From Candidatus Omnitrophica bacterium CG11_big_fil_rev_8_21_14_0_20_41_12 (GTDB lineage Bacteria > Omnitrophota > Gorgyraeia > Gygaellales > Profunditerraquicolaceae), in NCBI GenBank assembly GCA_002796135.1, contig PCWB01000055.1, positions 22,109-86,108 of the forward strand: a stretch of DNA of 64,000 bases, given 5' to 3'. The translations under genes and the position numbers were made by a program. This document shows, in pieces, positions 62,983 to 64,000 of this stretch. Within the stretch, counting starts at the first letter, position 1. Each line of letters begins with the position of its first letter. The notes under the pieces were generated by a model that made no database searches, was not told the DNA's origin, and saw only the letters and a list, made by a program, of their open reading frames with translations.

Positions 62983-63332
62983 AAAAATGCCCGTTTTGCG
63001 CCGAAGAAATACTTGACGAAGCTATAAAATGCCGATATTGTGGCGAGTTCTTAAAGAAAAGGCGTAAAGGTTTAAATTGCTTCACCGGATGCTTGATTGG
63101 GTTGCTTATATTTGTTCTCTTTAATGCTTTTTTGATCTATCAGTCCCGCTGCATTCTGGATATGGTAAGGTATAAGATGATGGCCTGGCATGCCAATATT
63201 CCGCAGGTTAATCTGCCTCTTACTCCTCAAGGAGTGCAGGGGATGTCTAAGGATATGGAGGAGGGATTCCGGATTTTTAGGGAATTTTTAAATCACGATT
63301 CAATCAAGGATACAGAAAAGGTAAAATTTTAA
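62979..63332 (+). CDS. Zinc-ribbon + single-TM hypothetical protein
   Basis: [18 protein letters not shown] followed by a hydrophobic helix. Confidence 0.75.
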   Translation: MKKCPFCAEEILDEAIKCRYCGEFLKKRRKGLNCFTGCLIGLLIFVLFNAFLIYQSRCILDMVRYKMMAWHANIPQVNLPLTPQGVQGMSKDMEEGFRIFREFLNHDSIKDTEKVKF

Positions 63333-63333
63333 A

Positions 63334-64000
63334 ATGAAAAATAAACGACCTGATAAAGTCGGGCACTTCGGATTATTCGGGGGCAGATTTGTTCCCGAGA
63401 CGCTGATCTATGCCCTGGATAAATTGGAAAAAGAATACTCTCAAGCTAAAAAAGACAAAAAGTTCCGTAAGGAATTTGATTATTACCTGCGTGAATACGC
63501 CGGCCGCCCAACGCCGTTATATCTAGCTAAAAATTTAAGCCGGGCTTTGGGAATAAATAAAATTTATTTAAAAAGAGAAGATCTTCTGCATACCGGCGCG
63601 CATAAAATTAATAATACTTTGGGGCAGGTACTTTTAGCCGTTCGAATGGGCAAGAAGAGACTGATTGCCGAGACCGGCGCAGGACAGCACGGAGTAGCTA
63701 CAGCCACGGTTGCGGCATTATTCGGATTACAATGCGACGTATATATGGGCGAGGAGGATATTCACCGCCAGGCATTGAATGTTAAGCGCATGAAATTGCT
63801 CGGAGCTCGCGTGATCAGCGTAAAAAGCGGAACGCAAACCTTAAAAGATGCCATGACCGAAGCTTTGCGCGATTGGGTAACCAATGTGCGCAACACCTAT
63901 TATGTTATCGGCACAGTTGCCGGGCCGCATCCGTATCCGGAGATGGTGCGTAATTTTCAGCGCATAATCGGCGATGAGGCAAGAGCCCAAATTTTAAAAA
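63334..64000 (+). CDS. trpB: Tryptophan synthase beta chain (3'-truncated by the window edge)
   Basis: Manual translation: [56 protein letters not shown]. Confidence 0.96.
   Translation, partial: MKNKRPDKVGHFGLFGGRFVPETLIYALDKLEKEYSQAKKDKKFRKEFDYYLREYAGRPTPLYLAKNLSRALGINKIYLKREDLLHTGAHKINNTLGQVLLAVRMGKKRLIAETGAGQHGVATATVAALFGLQCDVYMGEEDIHRQALNVKRMKLLGARVISVKSGTQTLKDAMTEALRDWVTNVRNTYYVIGTVAGPHPYPEMVRNFQRIIGDEARAQILK

Overview
Bacterial chromosomal window, AT-rich (estimated ~40% GC), with about 62 genes, all on the + strand and mostly tightly coupled. Gene content suggests a diderm anaerobe: Kdo/Lpt LPS genes, scattered Tad/CpaF ATPases, Wood-Ljungdahl genes and a Dehalococcoides-like Re-citrate synthase. 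The best guess, by inference only, is Candidatus Omnitrophota (OP3). Most of the window is housekeeping: kdsD-kdsC-lptC/A-lptB-tig-clpP, serine synthesis, purA, glycogen genes, uppS-cdsA-dxr-rseP-ispG, proS, rimP-nusA-infB, trpS-scpA-ruvB, que genes, trmD-rplS-rnhB, fchA-folD-metF-acsB, polA, glgA, coaE, rho, rpmE-prfA-prmC, murA and the trp operon. Highlights: (1) An unannotated intergenic hairpin occurs twice, ~35 kb apart (3705-3738 and 38521-38554), with two compensatory base-pair changes; a third hairpin of the same geometry lies before rplS. It is a candidate RNA processing or regulatory signal. (2) A 7-kb ArsR-MMPL-LolA-like-porin-DsrE-methyltransferase-phosphorylase module splits queA from tgt. 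(3) An acetyl-CoA synthase carries a fused, degenerate flavoprotein-like N-terminal segment, with no CODH in the window. (4) A complete IS1202/ISNCY-type element has a 16-bp target duplication abutting a sigma70 promoter. (5) Two orphan CpaF/TadA ATPases flank proS. No rRNA, tRNA or CRISPR array was recognised. All family calls come from motif recognition, not database searches.
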